Shown: positions 20,029-31,395, counted from the stretch's first letter. The stretch: DNA of 64,000 nt from Candidatus Omnitrophota bacterium (GCA_043826355.1 JBDRQI010000031.1:32001-96000), one strand, 5' to 3'. Made by a program: numbers and translations. Notes: a model not told the origin generated them from the letters alone.

Positions 20029-20379
20029 ATGGATAAGAAGATATGGAAAGTGAGGATTAAGAAGACCTACGCGGATGCCACCAACCACGTCGTAGTCGGA
20101 GAGGTTTTGGAAATGACACCAATCTACATTAAGCTAAAATGCCGGGCGTATCATTTCAAAAAACCAATGCAGGCATCATCAGGCCCCGGAGGTATTTTCG
20201 TAAGCGATACGAAAGTGAGAATCTTCCCGTGGCAGGTGATTTCTTACATTACGGAACTCCCGGAAGATTTTAACTGGGAAGATAACGTAGTTGAACTTAC
20301 CGGAAAAGGGGAAATTATTCTTAAGCAAAATGAGATGAACGTCACTATTAAGGGTGGTGGCGGATGGATAAATCAATAA
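20029..20379 (+). CDS. Small hypothetical protein, first gene of the Pho-box operon
   Basis: AGGAGG RBS; 116-aa beta-rich ORF. Confidence 0.6.
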   Translation: MDKKIWKVRIKKTYADATNHVVVGEVLEMTPIYIKLKCRAYHFKKPMQASSGPGGIFVSDTKVRIFPWQVISYITELPEDFNWEDNVVELTGKGEIILKQNEMNVTIKGGGGWINQ

Positions 20380-21647
20380 AACCCTTACAATTAATGGGAG
20401 GAAAAATGAGCAAGTGGATATGGATGTTGATGGGCGCGGCGGTTCTTTTTGGAGGATTGGCCGGTAAGGTGTTGGCGGCTGACCCGGTTATCGAAATGCT
20501 GCAGGAAAAAGGCGTCATCACGGCGGGTGAAGCCCAGACACTCTACGATGAAAAAGCAAAGTCGGAGCCGGTCCTGCTTTCTACGGCCGGATCCAAATTG
20601 AAGATGAGGGGCCGGATTTTCGCCGGTTACTACGTGAGCGATGAGGATAAAAACTACGCTGCCAAATACGATTCGGGCAGCTACAAGAATTACAAGGACG
20701 GCTCCTTTGAACTACCGGACGGCAAGCTCCAACTAACCTGGAACCCGCTGGAACGTCTTTCGGTGGTAACACGCCTGAGTTTCAGCAACGCCGCTGCCGC
20801 CACGCCTGACTACTTGTACGTCCAGTACAACGGCATCGTTCCCGGAGACCGTAACAGCCGGTTAAGGGTGGGCAAGATGAAGGTTGATTTCGGCGAGGAA
20901 ACCCTTACCGACAACGCGGTGGATAACAATGTCGGCTTAGTCTCCAACTCCGCTTCTATCGCCGGCGGATACGACGAAGGGATAGAACTTTACGGTAACT
21001 TCATTCCCGGCATCTTCGGCTATACGCTGGGCTTGACCAACGGCTCAAGCGGCACCGGAGCCGATAACAACACGAACAAGGCAATAGCGGCCAAGCTGTT
21101 TGTCAAACCGATACCACAGCTCCATTTTTCCGGCAGTTACTACACCGCCGACATTGCAGACGGGAGTACAGCCGATTTCAGGATTGCGGGTATCAATTCG
21201 GAACCAACCGGTTCGGGAGCCGGCGGATGGAACCGGAACGTCTGGGAAGTTGACGTCAAGAGCAGGTTCTTCCAGGAGGACAAAAAAACAGAAATAGCCC
21301 GGCTGGCAGCGGCCTACGGACAGTTTGCCGATGAAGCCAGTGGAGCCGCGGACCGCGAAGGTACTTACTACTTCCTGGAAGGTATGTACAACTTCACGCC
21401 GAAAGTTTTCGCCGGCGCCAGATACAGCGTTGTAAAACTGGATAACAATTACGCCACGACCATGCACGGCATTAAGGAGGCCAACGAGTACACGCGCACC
21501 AGCTTAGGCATGGGCTACCGTCTAAATAAACTGGTAACCCTGAAAGCCGAGTACTCCTGGAACGGCATCGAGCGCATCGATGGCGGCACAGGCAACAAAT
21601 CTCTGTCCGATAACCTGCTGATAGTCGGTGCTTCAGCAACGTTTTAA
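20364..21647 (+). CDS. Outer-membrane porin (putative phosphate-selective)
   Basis: Signal peptide, IEMLQEKGVIT, amphipathic strands, C-terminal Phe; true start probably ~20406. Confidence 0.7.
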   Translation: MDKSIKPLQLMGGKMSKWIWMLMGAAVLFGGLAGKVLAADPVIEMLQEKGVITAGEAQTLYDEKAKSEPVLLSTAGSKLKMRGRIFAGYYVSDEDKNYAAKYDSGSYKNYKDGSFELPDGKLQLTWNPLERLSVVTRLSFSNAAAATPDYLYVQYNGIVPGDRNSRLRVGKMKVDFGEETLTDNAVDNNVGLVSNSASIAGGYDEGIELYGNFIPGIFGYTLGLTNGSSGTGADNNTNKAIAAKLFVKPIPQLHFSGSYYTADIADGSTADFRIAGINSEPTGSGAGGWNRNVWEVDVKSRFFQEDKKTEIARLAAAYGQFADEASGAADREGTYYFLEGMYNFTPKVFAGARYSVVKLDNNYATTMHGIKEANEYTRTSLGMGYRLNKLVTLKAEYSWNGIERIDGGTGNKSLSDNLLIVGASATF

Positions 21648-21702
21648 AAAACGTACTTTCACCCCCACCTACACCTCCCCCGTCAAGGGGGAGGGATGAG
21701 GG

Positions 21703-22539
21703 GTGACTACACAGGAGAATAAGATGAAAAAAATAATGTTAGGCGCAGCGGTTTTTTTTGTCTTGGCGGGAAGCGTTGCCTATGGTCAGAGGGCAAATAA
21801 AGTTACCCTCCAGGGTTCCACAACGGTATTGCCAATCGCCCAGAGGGCGGCCGAGAATTTTATGAAGAAGTATCCGACGGTCAACGTGACGGTCCGGGGC
21901 GGCGGTTCCGGTACCGGCATCAACGCGCTGTTGGCCGGGACCACCGACATTGCTCAAAGCAGCCGGGCGATGAAACGCGCCGAAAAGGAAAAACTGGCTT
22001 CCACCGGCGGCAGTGCAGTAGAGTATAAGGTTGCGATTGACGGGCTCATGCTGGTGGTCAACCCGTCCAACCCGGTAACCGGACTGACTCTGCAGCAGGC
22101 AAAAGACATCTTCACCGGAGCCATAACCAATTGGTCGGAAGTCGGCGGCAAAGACGAAAAGATAGTTCTGGTCAGCCGGGATACCTCCAGCGGTACCTAT
22201 GAAGCGTTTAAAGAATTAGTCTTGAAAGGGTCAAACCCGGCATCAAACGCGCTTCTGCAGGCGTCAAACCAGGCGGTGGCAACTGCGGTCGGCCAGACGC
22301 CAACCGCCATTGGGTACATCGGTTTGGGATATGCGTCAGATAAAACCAAAGCTCTTACAGTCAACGGGGTTCAACCTACGGTTGAAACCGTCAAAAAGGG
22401 AAAATACCTGGTAAGACGTTATCTCTACATGTACACTAACGGCCCGGCGAAAGGCCTTGCGGGTTCATTTATCAACTTCGTCCTCTCGGCCGAAGGCCAG
22501 AAGATTGTAGCTGAAGAAGGTTTTGTGCCGCTGAATTAA
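21703..22539 (+). CDS. pstS: Phosphate ABC transporter substrate-binding protein (second copy)
   Basis: GSTTVLP, GGGSGTG, RDTSSGT. Confidence 0.92.
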   Translation: MTTQENKMKKIMLGAAVFFVLAGSVAYGQRANKVTLQGSTTVLPIAQRAAENFMKKYPTVNVTVRGGGSGTGINALLAGTTDIAQSSRAMKRAEKEKLASTGGSAVEYKVAIDGLMLVVNPSNPVTGLTLQQAKDIFTGAITNWSEVGGKDEKIVLVSRDTSSGTYEAFKELVLKGSNPASNALLQASNQAVATAVGQTPTAIGYIGLGYASDKTKALTVNGVQPTVETVKKGKYLVRRYLYMYTNGPAKGLAGSFINFVLSAEGQKIVAEEGFVPLN

Positions 22540-22557
22540 AAAGTTGTTTCCTCCAAA

Positions 22558-22590
22558 GGAAGGAGCGGAGTATTTAACTCCGCTCCTTCC
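22558..22590 (+). terminator. Strong hairpin after pstS (terminator or mRNA stabiliser)
   Basis: GGAAGGAGCGGAGT-ATTTA-ACTCCGCTCCTTCC. Confidence 0.65.
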
Positions 22591-22613
22591 ACAGTTCAAC
22601 CTTTAAAACAAAG

Positions 22614-23486
22614 ATGCAAACGGAAAATATCATTCGCCGGTCGTTCCTCCTGGTAACCATTACCTCCGTCATCTTCCTGATTGGCATCTTGGTTACCTTA
22701 ATACTAAACGCGTTGCCGGCTCTAAGGGAGATAGGAATCGGGTTTTTTACCACAACCTTTTGGTATCCGACCGCCGAACCGCCGAAATTCGGCGCCATAC
22801 CCCTGATTGCCGCTTCGCTCTGGATTACCGCCGGCGCGCTCCTCTTCTCGGTTCCCCTGGGCGTTCTCTTTTCGTTGTTTCTTTCCGAATGTCTGCCGGA
22901 AAAGATTAAAGCATTCCTGAAACCAACGGTAGAATTATTAGCTAACATACCTTCGGTTATCTATGGATTATTCGGCATGGTCTTCCTGTCGCCCCTGGTG
23001 ATGCGCCTTTTCGGTCTGCCGGTAGGATTGAACGGTTTAACCGCATCAATCGTGCTGGGGATTATGGCCTTGCCTACCATTACCTCTGTCTGTGAAGATT
23101 CCCTTAACGCCGTCCCCCGCACCTACCGGGAAGCGTCATTAGCGCTGGGCGCAACCAAGTGGGAAACCATGATTCACGTTACCCTGCCGGCTGCGGCTTC
23201 CGGAGTTTCCGCGGCGGTGGTTTTGGGTTTAGGCCGTGCCATCGGCGAAACGATGACCGTCTTAATGGTGTCCGGAGGCGCGGCGGTGATACCCCGCTCG
23301 CTTTTACAGCCGATGAGACCCATCACCGCTACTATTGCCGCGGAAATGGGCGAAACTGCGGTCGGAAGTCTCCACTATCAAAGTCTTTTCACGCTCGCCC
23401 TTTTTCTGCTGATTATAACCTTATTTGTCAACCATATATCCGACGTTGTCGCGGCAAGGTCGCGCCAACGGTTTAAGGTTCAATAA
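22614..23486 (+). CDS. pstC: Phosphate ABC permease
   Basis: ELLANIPSVIYG, GRAIGETM. Confidence 0.92.
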   Translation: MQTENIIRRSFLLVTITSVIFLIGILVTLILNALPALREIGIGFFTTTFWYPTAEPPKFGAIPLIAASLWITAGALLFSVPLGVLFSLFLSECLPEKIKAFLKPTVELLANIPSVIYGLFGMVFLSPLVMRLFGLPVGLNGLTASIVLGIMALPTITSVCEDSLNAVPRTYREASLALGATKWETMIHVTLPAAASGVSAAVVLGLGRAIGETMTVLMVSGGAAVIPRSLLQPMRPITATIAAEMGETAVGSLHYQSLFTLALFLLIITLFVNHISDVVAARSRQRFKVQ

Positions 23487-23487
23487 G

Positions 23488-24348
23488 ATGAAAAGAAACC
23501 GGTTTCTGATCCAAAAATTCTGGTTTGGTATTCTGGGCCTTTCCGGCTTGGTAATCGCCATTATTCTGTTTGCGATTGTCTTTTTCGTTGTAACCAGAGG
23601 ATCCCGGGTAATAAGCTGGGAATTCCTGACCGCCGCCCCAAAAGACGGCATGACCGCCGGCGGCATCTTTCCCGCCATCATCGGAACTTTTTACCTAACC
23701 CTGCTGGCGATTACCGCTGCTTTACCGGTCGGCGTAATTACCGCAATCTATCTTAATGAATACGCAGACCGAACCAGCCACCTGGTCCGATTATCCCGAA
23801 AGGCAGTCAATGCCCTGGCCGGCATCCCTTCGGTCGTCTTCGGCCTTTTCGGCCTGGCCCTCTTCGTAAACTTCCTGCACTTCGGCGTTTCCATCCTTTC
23901 CGGCGGACTGACCTTGGCAATCATGATTCTGCCGGTAATCATCCGTTCTTCGGAAGAAGCGCTCTCCGCGGTACCCTTCTCCTTCCGGGAAGCATCGTTG
24001 GCCCTGGGCGCCAGCAAATGGTACACCATCCGACGGGCAGTATTGCCGACCGCGCTCCCGGGTATCTTCACCGGCGCCATCCTGGGCATCGGTCGGGTGG
24101 CCGGAGAGACCGCGCCGATTATGTTTACCGCAGCCACTTTTTTCACCGGCCGATTACCTTCCTCGATCAGAGACGAAGTTATGGCGTTGCCTTACCACAT
24201 TTACGGCCTGATGACCGAGGGAACACGCCCGGAACAACAGGCGCCGATCGCCTACGGAACCGCGTTGGTGCTCCTGATTTTGGTCCTGGGTATCGATTTA
24301 ATCGCCATTTTGTGGCGTTACCGGTCCCGCAAAACAAAAAAATGGTAA
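23488..24348 (+). CDS. pstA: Phosphate ABC permease
   Basis: [27 protein letters not shown] at 23488. Confidence 0.92.
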   Translation: MKRNRFLIQKFWFGILGLSGLVIAIILFAIVFFVVTRGSRVISWEFLTAAPKDGMTAGGIFPAIIGTFYLTLLAITAALPVGVITAIYLNEYADRTSHLVRLSRKAVNALAGIPSVVFGLFGLALFVNFLHFGVSILSGGLTLAIMILPVIIRSSEEALSAVPFSFREASLALGASKWYTIRRAVLPTALPGIFTGAILGIGRVAGETAPIMFTAATFFTGRLPSSIRDEVMALPYHIYGLMTEGTRPEQQAPIAYGTALVLLILVLGIDLIAILWRYRSRKTKKW

Positions 24349-24349
24349 A

Positions 24350-25105
24350 ATGGAAAAAATAATTGAAATCAAAAAACTGAATCTCTGGTTCGGCGAGAAA
24401 CATATCTTAAAGGACATCGACCTGGATTTCCAGGCAAACGAAATTTCGGCCATCATCGGGCCTTCCGGCTGCGGCAAATCAACCCTTATCCGAACCTTGA
24501 ACCGGATGAACGACCTGATTCCTGAAACAAGAATTGAAGGCGGCATACTTCTGGACGGACAGGACATATACGACGGGTGCCATAACGTTGTCAATCTGCG
24601 CACAAAGGTAGGGATGGTCTTCCAGCGGCCGAACCCTTTCCCAAAGTCAATCTTTGAAAATGTGGCTTACGGGTTGCGCGTTCAGGGAATTCACAACCGC
24701 CGGGAGATTGCCGGCCGGGTTGAAAATACACTGAAAGCCGCAGCCCTCTGGAACGAAGTAAAGGACAACCTGAACCAAAACGCCTTCCAACTCTCCGGCG
24801 GACAGCAGCAACGGTTGTGTATAGCCAGAGCGTTGGCAATAGAGCCGGAAGTTATTTTGTTCGACGAACCCTGTTCGGCCCTGGACCCGATTTCCACTGC
24901 GCGTATAGAAGAACTTCTGCTCAAGTTGAAAATTTCTTATACGATAATCATCGTCACCCACAACATGCAACAGGCGGCGCGCGTCGCCGACACAACCGCT
25001 TTTCTGCTGATGGGCGAGATGATTGAGGTTGGAGCGACCAGCCAGATTTTCAAACAACCGAAAGACAAGCGGACTGAAGATTACATAACCGGGAGGTTCG
25101 GATAA
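24350..25105 (+). CDS. pstB: Phosphate ABC ATPase (all motifs canonical)
   Basis: [24 protein letters not shown]. Confidence 0.93.
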   Translation: MEKIIEIKKLNLWFGEKHILKDIDLDFQANEISAIIGPSGCGKSTLIRTLNRMNDLIPETRIEGGILLDGQDIYDGCHNVVNLRTKVGMVFQRPNPFPKSIFENVAYGLRVQGIHNRREIAGRVENTLKAAALWNEVKDNLNQNAFQLSGGQQQRLCIARALAIEPEVILFDEPCSALDPISTARIEELLLKLKISYTIIIVTHNMQQAARVADTTAFLLMGEMIEVGATSQIFKQPKDKRTEDYITGRFG

Positions 25106-25764
25106 TGGAACGACATTTTGATTTCGAATTAGAGGAGTTGAAAAGGATGCTTCTGACGATGAGTGGAATGGTTGAGGAAGCTATCGATAAGGCGGTCTCT
25201 TCTTTGGAAAAACTGTCTCCGGAACTGGCCCGGGAAGTGATTTCCGCAGACCAGCGCATAGACCAACTTGAGATAGATATTGACGACAAGACCTTTGAAC
25301 TAATTATGCGGCACCAGCCGCTGGCTAGCGATCTAAGATTAATTCTAATGGCCGGTCAAATCGGTTCGGAGCTGGAACGGATAGCAGACTTAGCGGTTGA
25401 CATCGCCCAGCGTACCCTGGAACTTGCCGGACAGCCGTTAATCAAGCCGCTGGTTGATATACCTAAACTTTCTACTTTAGCCCGTCAGATGGTCAGGGAA
25501 AGCATTGCATCCTTTATCAGCCTTGATGGCGAATTGGCCCGTTTCGTCTGCAGTAAAGATGACGGGGCTGATTTCTTGAGGGATGCGATCTATAAGGAGC
25601 TAACCGAAATTGTCAGCCGGGACGGAAGTTTAGCGGGCAGGGCAATACCGCTCATCCTGGTCAGCCGTCATCTGGAACGCATCTGCGACCACGCCACCAA
25701 TATTGCAGAAGAAGTGGTCTTCCTGGTAGAAGCAAAATCCATCAAGCACTCTGAAAAGGGATAA
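25105..25764 (+). CDS. phoU: PhoU (second copy)
   Basis: QPLASDLR, LERICDHATNIAE. Confidence 0.92.
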   Translation: MERHFDFELEELKRMLLTMSGMVEEAIDKAVSSLEKLSPELAREVISADQRIDQLEIDIDDKTFELIMRHQPLASDLRLILMAGQIGSELERIADLAVDIAQRTLELAGQPLIKPLVDIPKLSTLARQMVRESIASFISLDGELARFVCSKDDGADFLRDAIYKELTEIVSRDGSLAGRAIPLILVSRHLERICDHATNIAEEVVFLVEAKSIKHSEKG

Positions 25765-25803
25765 AAAGACGATGTTGTTAGCAATTGTGTTCAGTAAATA
25801 GAG

Positions 25804-27162
25804 GTGACAAAAATGAAAAACATAATTATAATCGGTGGCAGTGATGCGGGTATAAGCGCTGCTTTAAGAGCAAAAGAAATAAACCCGGAAATAACTCCGA
25901 CTATGATAGTGGCTGACATTTTCCCTAATTTCAGCATTTGCGGCTTGCCCTATTATATCAGCCGGGAAGTGACTCATTGGGAGAACCTGGCGCACAGAAC
26001 AAAGCAGGATATTGAAAACGAAGGAATCAATTTGTTGCTCGAACACACTGCTCAATCTATCAATACAGAAACAAAACAGGTAACCGTTCTTGATAAATCA
26101 GGGGTTGCAAAAATTCTGGATTATGATAAATTCATAATTGGAACCGGCGCGGTATCTTTAAAACCCGACATTGCCGGATTAGATAACCCGGGGGTTTTCT
26201 TTTTGCGTTGGATACCGGAAGGCGTTGCCATTGACGAATTTCTGAAAAACCGGAACCCAAAAACAGCGGTGATAATCGGCGCCGGATATATCGGTATGGA
26301 AATGTCCGAAGCATTAACCAAACGCGGGGTAAAAATAACTGTTGTCGAATACGCCGAATCGGTATTACCGTCATTTGACGCTGACCTCGGAAAACAGATT
26401 CGAGACCTGCTTACGCGAAACGGATTAACGGTGCACAATAAAATATCTATCAACTCTATCAACAAAATTTCAGATAGACTTTTGGTTAAAGGAACGGACA
26501 ATTTTGAGATTTCAACGGATATGGTATTAGTGGCCGCCGGCAGCGCTCCGAATGCGGCGCTTGGTCAATCGGCCGGTATTAACACCGGAATAAAAGGCGC
26601 GCTTAAAGTTAATCTGAAAATGGAGACGAACATACCTGATATTTATGCGGCTGGCGACTGTGCTGAAACATGGCATAACATTTTACAGAAATACACCTAT
26701 CTTCCCCTGGGAACGGTTGCGCATAAACAGGGCAGAGTTGCCGGAGAAAATGCGATGGGTGGTGATAAGGAATTTACCGGCACGTTAGGCACGCAATCGG
26801 TAAAAATATTCGATAAGGTTGTGGCCCGAACAGGATTAAACAACCAAGAAGTAGTAAATGCCGACTTTCAGCCGGTTGGCGCTGATTTTGAAACCTGGGA
26901 CCATAAAGCATATTATCCGCCGGCAAGTAAATTGTATATCCGGGTAACCGCAGACAAGAAAACAAAAAGAATTCTGGGCGCGCAAATGATTGGTGCATAT
27001 GGGACAGAGATATCAAAACGTATTGATATCCTTGCCACTGCGCTATTTTATGGTGCAACAGTGAAAGAATTCAGCAATTATGACTTAAGTTATACGCCGC
27101 CTTTAAGCAGTCCGTGGGACCCGGTTCAAATGGCGGTGCAAAATCTTGAGAGAATGCTTTAA
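25804..27162 (+). CDS. CoA-disulfide reductase/NADH oxidase family flavoprotein
   Basis: IIGGSDAG, FSICGLPY, GAGYIG, AAGDC, YTPPLSSPWDP. Confidence 0.85.
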   Translation: MTKMKNIIIIGGSDAGISAALRAKEINPEITPTMIVADIFPNFSICGLPYYISREVTHWENLAHRTKQDIENEGINLLLEHTAQSINTETKQVTVLDKSGVAKILDYDKFIIGTGAVSLKPDIAGLDNPGVFFLRWIPEGVAIDEFLKNRNPKTAVIIGAGYIGMEMSEALTKRGVKITVVEYAESVLPSFDADLGKQIRDLLTRNGLTVHNKISINSINKISDRLLVKGTDNFEISTDMVLVAAGSAPNAALGQSAGINTGIKGALKVNLKMETNIPDIYAAGDCAETWHNILQKYTYLPLGTVAHKQGRVAGENAMGGDKEFTGTLGTQSVKIFDKVVARTGLNNQEVVNADFQPVGADFETWDHKAYYPPASKLYIRVTADKKTKRILGAQMIGAYGTEISKRIDILATALFYGATVKEFSNYDLSYTPPLSSPWDPVQMAVQNLERML

Positions 27163-27301
27163 TTTTCTTCAGTCAAAAATCGAGGGGTATTTAAATAAAA
27201 TTCAAGAGCGGGAAAGCAACAAGCAAATACATCTCCCATGGAATGCATATCCTTCATGTGGCCGTTAACCGAAGAACTCTGGTCAATCAAGGATTCAGAC
27301 T

Positions 27302-27469
27302 ATGTTAAACGAAGATTACAAAGACATATTACAAATCTTCTCAAAAAACAGGGTTAAATTTCTTGTTGTCGGAGCCTATGCAATGGCTGCCCATGGATAT
27401 CCAAGGGCAACAGGAAGACTGAAAGACAAAGCGGATGCAAATTCTCTCAAGAACATTCCACAACATTAA
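27302..27469 (+). pseudogene. Internally deleted nucleotidyltransferase-family gene
   Basis: MLNEDYKD...VVGAYAMAAHGYPRATG joined directly to a C-terminal-type RLKDKAD. Confidence 0.6.
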
Positions 27470-27490
27470 AATCGACAAAACTGAACAGCC

Positions 27491-27781
27491 GGGTGGCATC
27501 GTGGACAACGTTAGAACCAGAATTCAACGGTCAAACGAGTATATTTACATACCAAATTTGGTGCTGCCGCAAGCTTAGATTCATCTTATCACAAATCTAC
27601 CTTACCCCGCTACTCACTATTGTTTTACTTCAACATCGGGTAAAGTCACGCTGCCTCCACCACTCCGTGCTCTATTTGCTCCAGGTCTCCTCTGCCAACA
27701 CAAGAACCCTTTTACTCCACCATCCAGGCGCAATTAGTTTTGACTGCTAACCTTGACCAAAGATTGATGGGGCGATAAGGT
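27491..27781 (+). repeat. Complete island module: core + tail + Box B + Box C + promoter
   Basis: GGGTGGC 27491; GGIVDNVRTRIQRSNEYIYIPNL; 22-mer 27615; CTGCCAACACAAGAA 27692; TTGACC-17-TAAGGT. Confidence 0.85.
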
Positions 27782-27867
27782 CGGGAGTATAATATGAAGA
27801 GAAAGGGTATCAGGCTAAAACATCTCTTTTTGATGGGCAAACGGAGGATGTCAGTCTCTTCTTCCTT

Positions 27868-28421
27868 ATGAAAAAGACGATCGGTTACGTAGTTCTTTTT
27901 CTGCTTCTGGTGGTGGCCGGTTTTTTATTTATAAGGCATTTGTGCCTTCCGCCGACTTTGAAACGGTTTACCGGATTTTTCGAATTGACCGCACCGAGGA
28001 AATCAACCTTTATTTTACCCGGGATGAAATGGTTGTTCCGCTGGTAAGGAAAACACCCCGGTTCCGGTCTCTTGACGAAAAGGTTAAGAACGTAATAACT
28101 CTTCTCCTGGCTGGCCCGGATGAAACGGAAAAAGCAGCCGGTTACGATTCCGTCCTGCCCCAGGAAGCGCAGCTTCTGAGTGTTTTTATGGAAGAAGACA
28201 CCGTCTTTTTAAATTTTTCCAAGCAGATTGATGAAGGCGGCGGGACGGAAATGATGCTGACCCGGTTGCGTCAAATTGTTTATACCGCCACCCAGTTTTC
28301 CGGGGTAGGTAAAGTCAGGTTTTTAATCAATGGACAAACGATCAAATATTTTAGCAGTGAGGGTTTGACCGAAGTTGAAGACCCCATTGGCCGTGCCGAT
28401 TTGGAAATGGAGGAAAAATGA
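27868..28421 (+). pseudogene. GerMN-domain protein, frameshifted after the N-terminal anchor
   Basis: MKKTIGYVVLFLLLVVAG is in a different frame from LLAGP...LNFS...QIVYTATQF; 1-nt deletion near 27930. Confidence 0.7.
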
Positions 28422-28573
28422 AGAAGAATGAGCTTCTTTAAAAATTATCAAAACATTTAATGTGAAATAAAGATGAACATCAGCCACCCGCAGTAAACAG
28501 GCGGGTTTTTAAAATAAAGGAGAAGATGTTTTATTAAAACTATACGCTAAACGTTTCAAGCTATACGCTGATT

Positions 28574-29803
28574 ATGCAGAGGTTTGTGGTGAAAAAAAAG
28601 ATTATTTTTATAACAACCCTTGCTTTAATTATTTTTCTGCCTTTTTTATTCTTCAAAATAAGAAATGGAAAATTTATTAAATCGCAACATCAGGTGGTGG
28701 AAGGTTATATTTCCGAGGGAGATGTGCTTGGCGAGGTTCTGCTTGCCCAGAACATATCTCCAGCTGAGGTTTTTTCCATAACAAAGGAGTTGAAGAAGGT
28801 TTTGAACGTGCGGAGATGTAACATCGGTGACAGGTGGGAAATTTTTCTTGACAATGAAAAGAGGTTTGTAAAATTTATATATTACGACGGGCCTATTGAT
28901 TTCTATGTTGTGAAGTTTGACAGGGATAAAAACACTTATCTGGCTTCTGCCCAAGAGATAGAGGCTGAAAGGAGGCTGAGAGGAGTGCGGGGGGAAATAA
29001 AAAGCTCCTTATACGAAAGCATGTCTTATGTTGATGTAAATCCTGAAATAATAATCCAGTTTGCCGAAATTTTCGCCTCCAAAATAGATTTTTTTAATGA
29101 CTGCAGCACAGGAGACGGTTTTAATATTTTGTGGGAGTCATATTTTGATAACCAGGGTAATGTTCTTAAGGATGGAAGAATATCTGCGGCATCTTACAGC
29201 GTCGGGGACAGTACGCATTACGCTTTTTATTTTGAGCCTACTGAAGGTAAAAGCGGTTATTATGACGAGAAAGGAAAGAGTGTAGAATCGGCTTTTCTCA
29301 AGGCGCCCTTGAATTACAGGAGAATATCATCTCGTTTCACCCGCAGGAGGTTCCATCCCATACACAGGATTTACCGGCCCCATCTCGGCATTGACTATGC
29401 CGCTCCGGCAGGTACCCCTGTTTCTGCTTTAGGAGACGGGACTGTTAACTTTGCGGGACGGAGGCTGGACGGGTTCGGCATAACCGTTATCATGCGTCAT
29501 CCCAACGGCTATGTTTCCTGGTACGGCCATCTTTCCAAAATAGCCAAAGGCATAAAAAGAGGGACAAGGGCAAGAAAAGGGCAGGTTATCGGCTACGTTG
29601 GAGCAACAGGTGATGCAACAGGACCGCACCTGGATTTTCGCATACAAAAAAACGGTAAGTTTATTAATTTCCTCACTCTGAAATTACCGCCTTTCTATCC
29701 TCTGGCAGATAAGTATCTGCCAGCATTCATGGAAACAAAGGATACGTTTATCAGCAGGATGGAATCCCTGAAGGGTACGAAACCCACGGTTTTCCTCAAT
29801 TAA
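28574..29803 (+). CDS. M23 family metallopeptidase (MepM/Csd3-like)
   Basis: HLGIDYAAP, YGHLS, ATGPHLDF. Confidence 0.9.
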   Translation: MQRFVVKKKIIFITTLALIIFLPFLFFKIRNGKFIKSQHQVVEGYISEGDVLGEVLLAQNISPAEVFSITKELKKVLNVRRCNIGDRWEIFLDNEKRFVKFIYYDGPIDFYVVKFDRDKNTYLASAQEIEAERRLRGVRGEIKSSLYESMSYVDVNPEIIIQFAEIFASKIDFFNDCSTGDGFNILWESYFDNQGNVLKDGRISAASYSVGDSTHYAFYFEPTEGKSGYYDEKGKSVESAFLKAPLNYRRISSRFTRRRFHPIHRIYRPHLGIDYAAPAGTPVSALGDGTVNFAGRRLDGFGITVIMRHPNGYVSWYGHLSKIAKGIKRGTRARKGQVIGYVGATGDATGPHLDFRIQKNGKFINFLTLKLPPFYPLADKYLPAFMETKDTFISRMESLKGTKPTVFLN

Positions 29804-29967
29804 TAACGGATTGAGTGGTGAGGATGGCTCTGCGTCAAATTTTACGGCTGGTTTTAACACAATATATAAAGGGGTCAGATCTGTTATTTTAGTAATAATA
29901 ACTCTGGCTCCTTCTTCATCTTAATAGCAAGAGGGGTTAGTACCCCGTTCCTTCAGAAAAAACTGTA

Positions 29968-30275
29968 GGGTTGTGGCTGGTGTGAAGATGAGAACATCTT
30001 TCGAACCCTTAATTGGTTAGAAAACATTCCCTATCCTGAGTTGATGTTATTGAAAATTAAGGAGTTATTGCAATTGCAGCCCAATCTTTAGAAGGAATAC
30101 CCATCCCCACCACCCAGCGTTCTATCTAATCCAGTCCCTCTGCCAACACAAGAAACCTTTTACCCCGTCACCCAGGCGCAATTAGCCTTAGTTTTAGGAA
30201 GTTGACCCCGAAACACAGGAAGAAGTAAAATCTGGAAGGAAAAACATTAACCAAGACAGGCAGCTCAACCCAAAC
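29968..30275 (+). repeat. Island module variant: recombinase tail + Box C + P2 promoter
   Basis: FRTLNWLENIPYPELMLLKIKELL resembles the end of the 45419 ORF; Box C 30140; TTGACC-18-TAAAAT 30202-30231. Confidence 0.75.
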
Positions 30276-30334
30276 AAGTTATTCTAACCTGACTGTTCAA
30301 GGATAGGGGTTCACTTCATTTTTGGAACAAAGAG

Positions 30335-31201
30335 ATGAACAGAGAAAAGAAAATCGATACCAGAAAAATCGGTCTCAATATTGGCTCCATCCTGAACAGG
30401 TACTTTTTAAAGTCCGAAGACCTTCACTATGGCTACTGGACCGATGATTTATCGTTAGAACTCTTCAATCTGGCTCGGGCACAGGAGCGCCATTCCGACT
30501 TTCTCATGACCAACATCCCAGAGACGGCAAAGACGATTCTTGATGTGGGATGCGGTAGCGGAAAACTCGCGGAGAGGTTGCTAAATAAGGGATACCGGGT
30601 TGATTGCGTATCTCCCAGCCTCTTTTTTACAGAGCAGGCAAAAAAACTTTTGGGGGACAGGGCCCATATCTTTGAATGCCGGTACGAAAGACTGGAAACT
30701 GAAGATCGCTACGACCTGATTTTGTTCAGTGAGAGTTTTCAGTACGTTAAACTGGAAAAGGCAATTCAGAACTCCTTCCGGTTTTTGAATGAAGGGGGAC
30801 ATCTTTTAATCTGTGACTTTTTTGCCACGGAGGCGAAAGGGAAGAGCAGTATCGGCGGGGGACACAAATTGGTCCGGTTCTACCATCAAATCGGCCGCTA
30901 TCCATTTAAACTTGTTAAAGATATCGATATTACCAGGTACACCGCTCCCAATATTGACCTGGTCAATGGCTTGCTGATGAATGTCGGCTTACCAATCTGG
31001 AATCTCGCTTCCAGTTTTTTGAAGAACAATCACCCATTCATTGCCAGATTTATCCGCTGGAAATACAAGAAAAAGATAGCAAAAATCAGGCAAAAATATT
31101 TAACGGGAACGTGGAATGCGGCTCATTTTACAACTTACAAAACATATCGATTGCTCCTGTACCAAAAAACCGGAGTAAATTTACGCCAGGATAATGTGTA
31201 G
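30335..31201 (+). CDS. Class I SAM-dependent methyltransferase
   Basis: LHYGYW, ILDVGCGSG, FSESFQY. Confidence 0.88.
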   Translation: MNREKKIDTRKIGLNIGSILNRYFLKSEDLHYGYWTDDLSLELFNLARAQERHSDFLMTNIPETAKTILDVGCGSGKLAERLLNKGYRVDCVSPSLFFTEQAKKLLGDRAHIFECRYERLETEDRYDLILFSESFQYVKLEKAIQNSFRFLNEGGHLLICDFFATEAKGKSSIGGGHKLVRFYHQIGRYPFKLVKDIDITRYTAPNIDLVNGLLMNVGLPIWNLASSFLKNNHPFIARFIRWKYKKKIAKIRQKYLTGTWNAAHFTTYKTYRLLLYQKTGVNLRQDNV

Positions 31202-31269
31202 AATAGGTAGGAACGCATAGGACCACATCTTTGGCAGTGGATACCCCGCCCCCTCGGCCGGGTATTTTA

Positions 31270-31395
31270 CTACCAGTCTCCACTGAGAACACAAGGAACC
31301 TTTTACCTCACCATGCCGTCGCAAGTAATTTTAACCACAAACCTTGACCGGATTCTGTTGGGGTGATAAGATTTGGGTGGTTTGGAAAAATAAGG
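31270..31395 (+). repeat. Partial island module: degenerate Box C + promoter
   Basis: TTGACC-17-TAAGAT 31344-31372, then TTGGGTGGTTTGGAAAA, shared with the 40143 copy. Confidence 0.7.

Noticed and set aside
27615..27650. Box B as a Xer dif site
   Set aside because: Only a weak resemblance to one arm (ATGTTGAAG on the minus strand); the other arm position is not conserved between copies.
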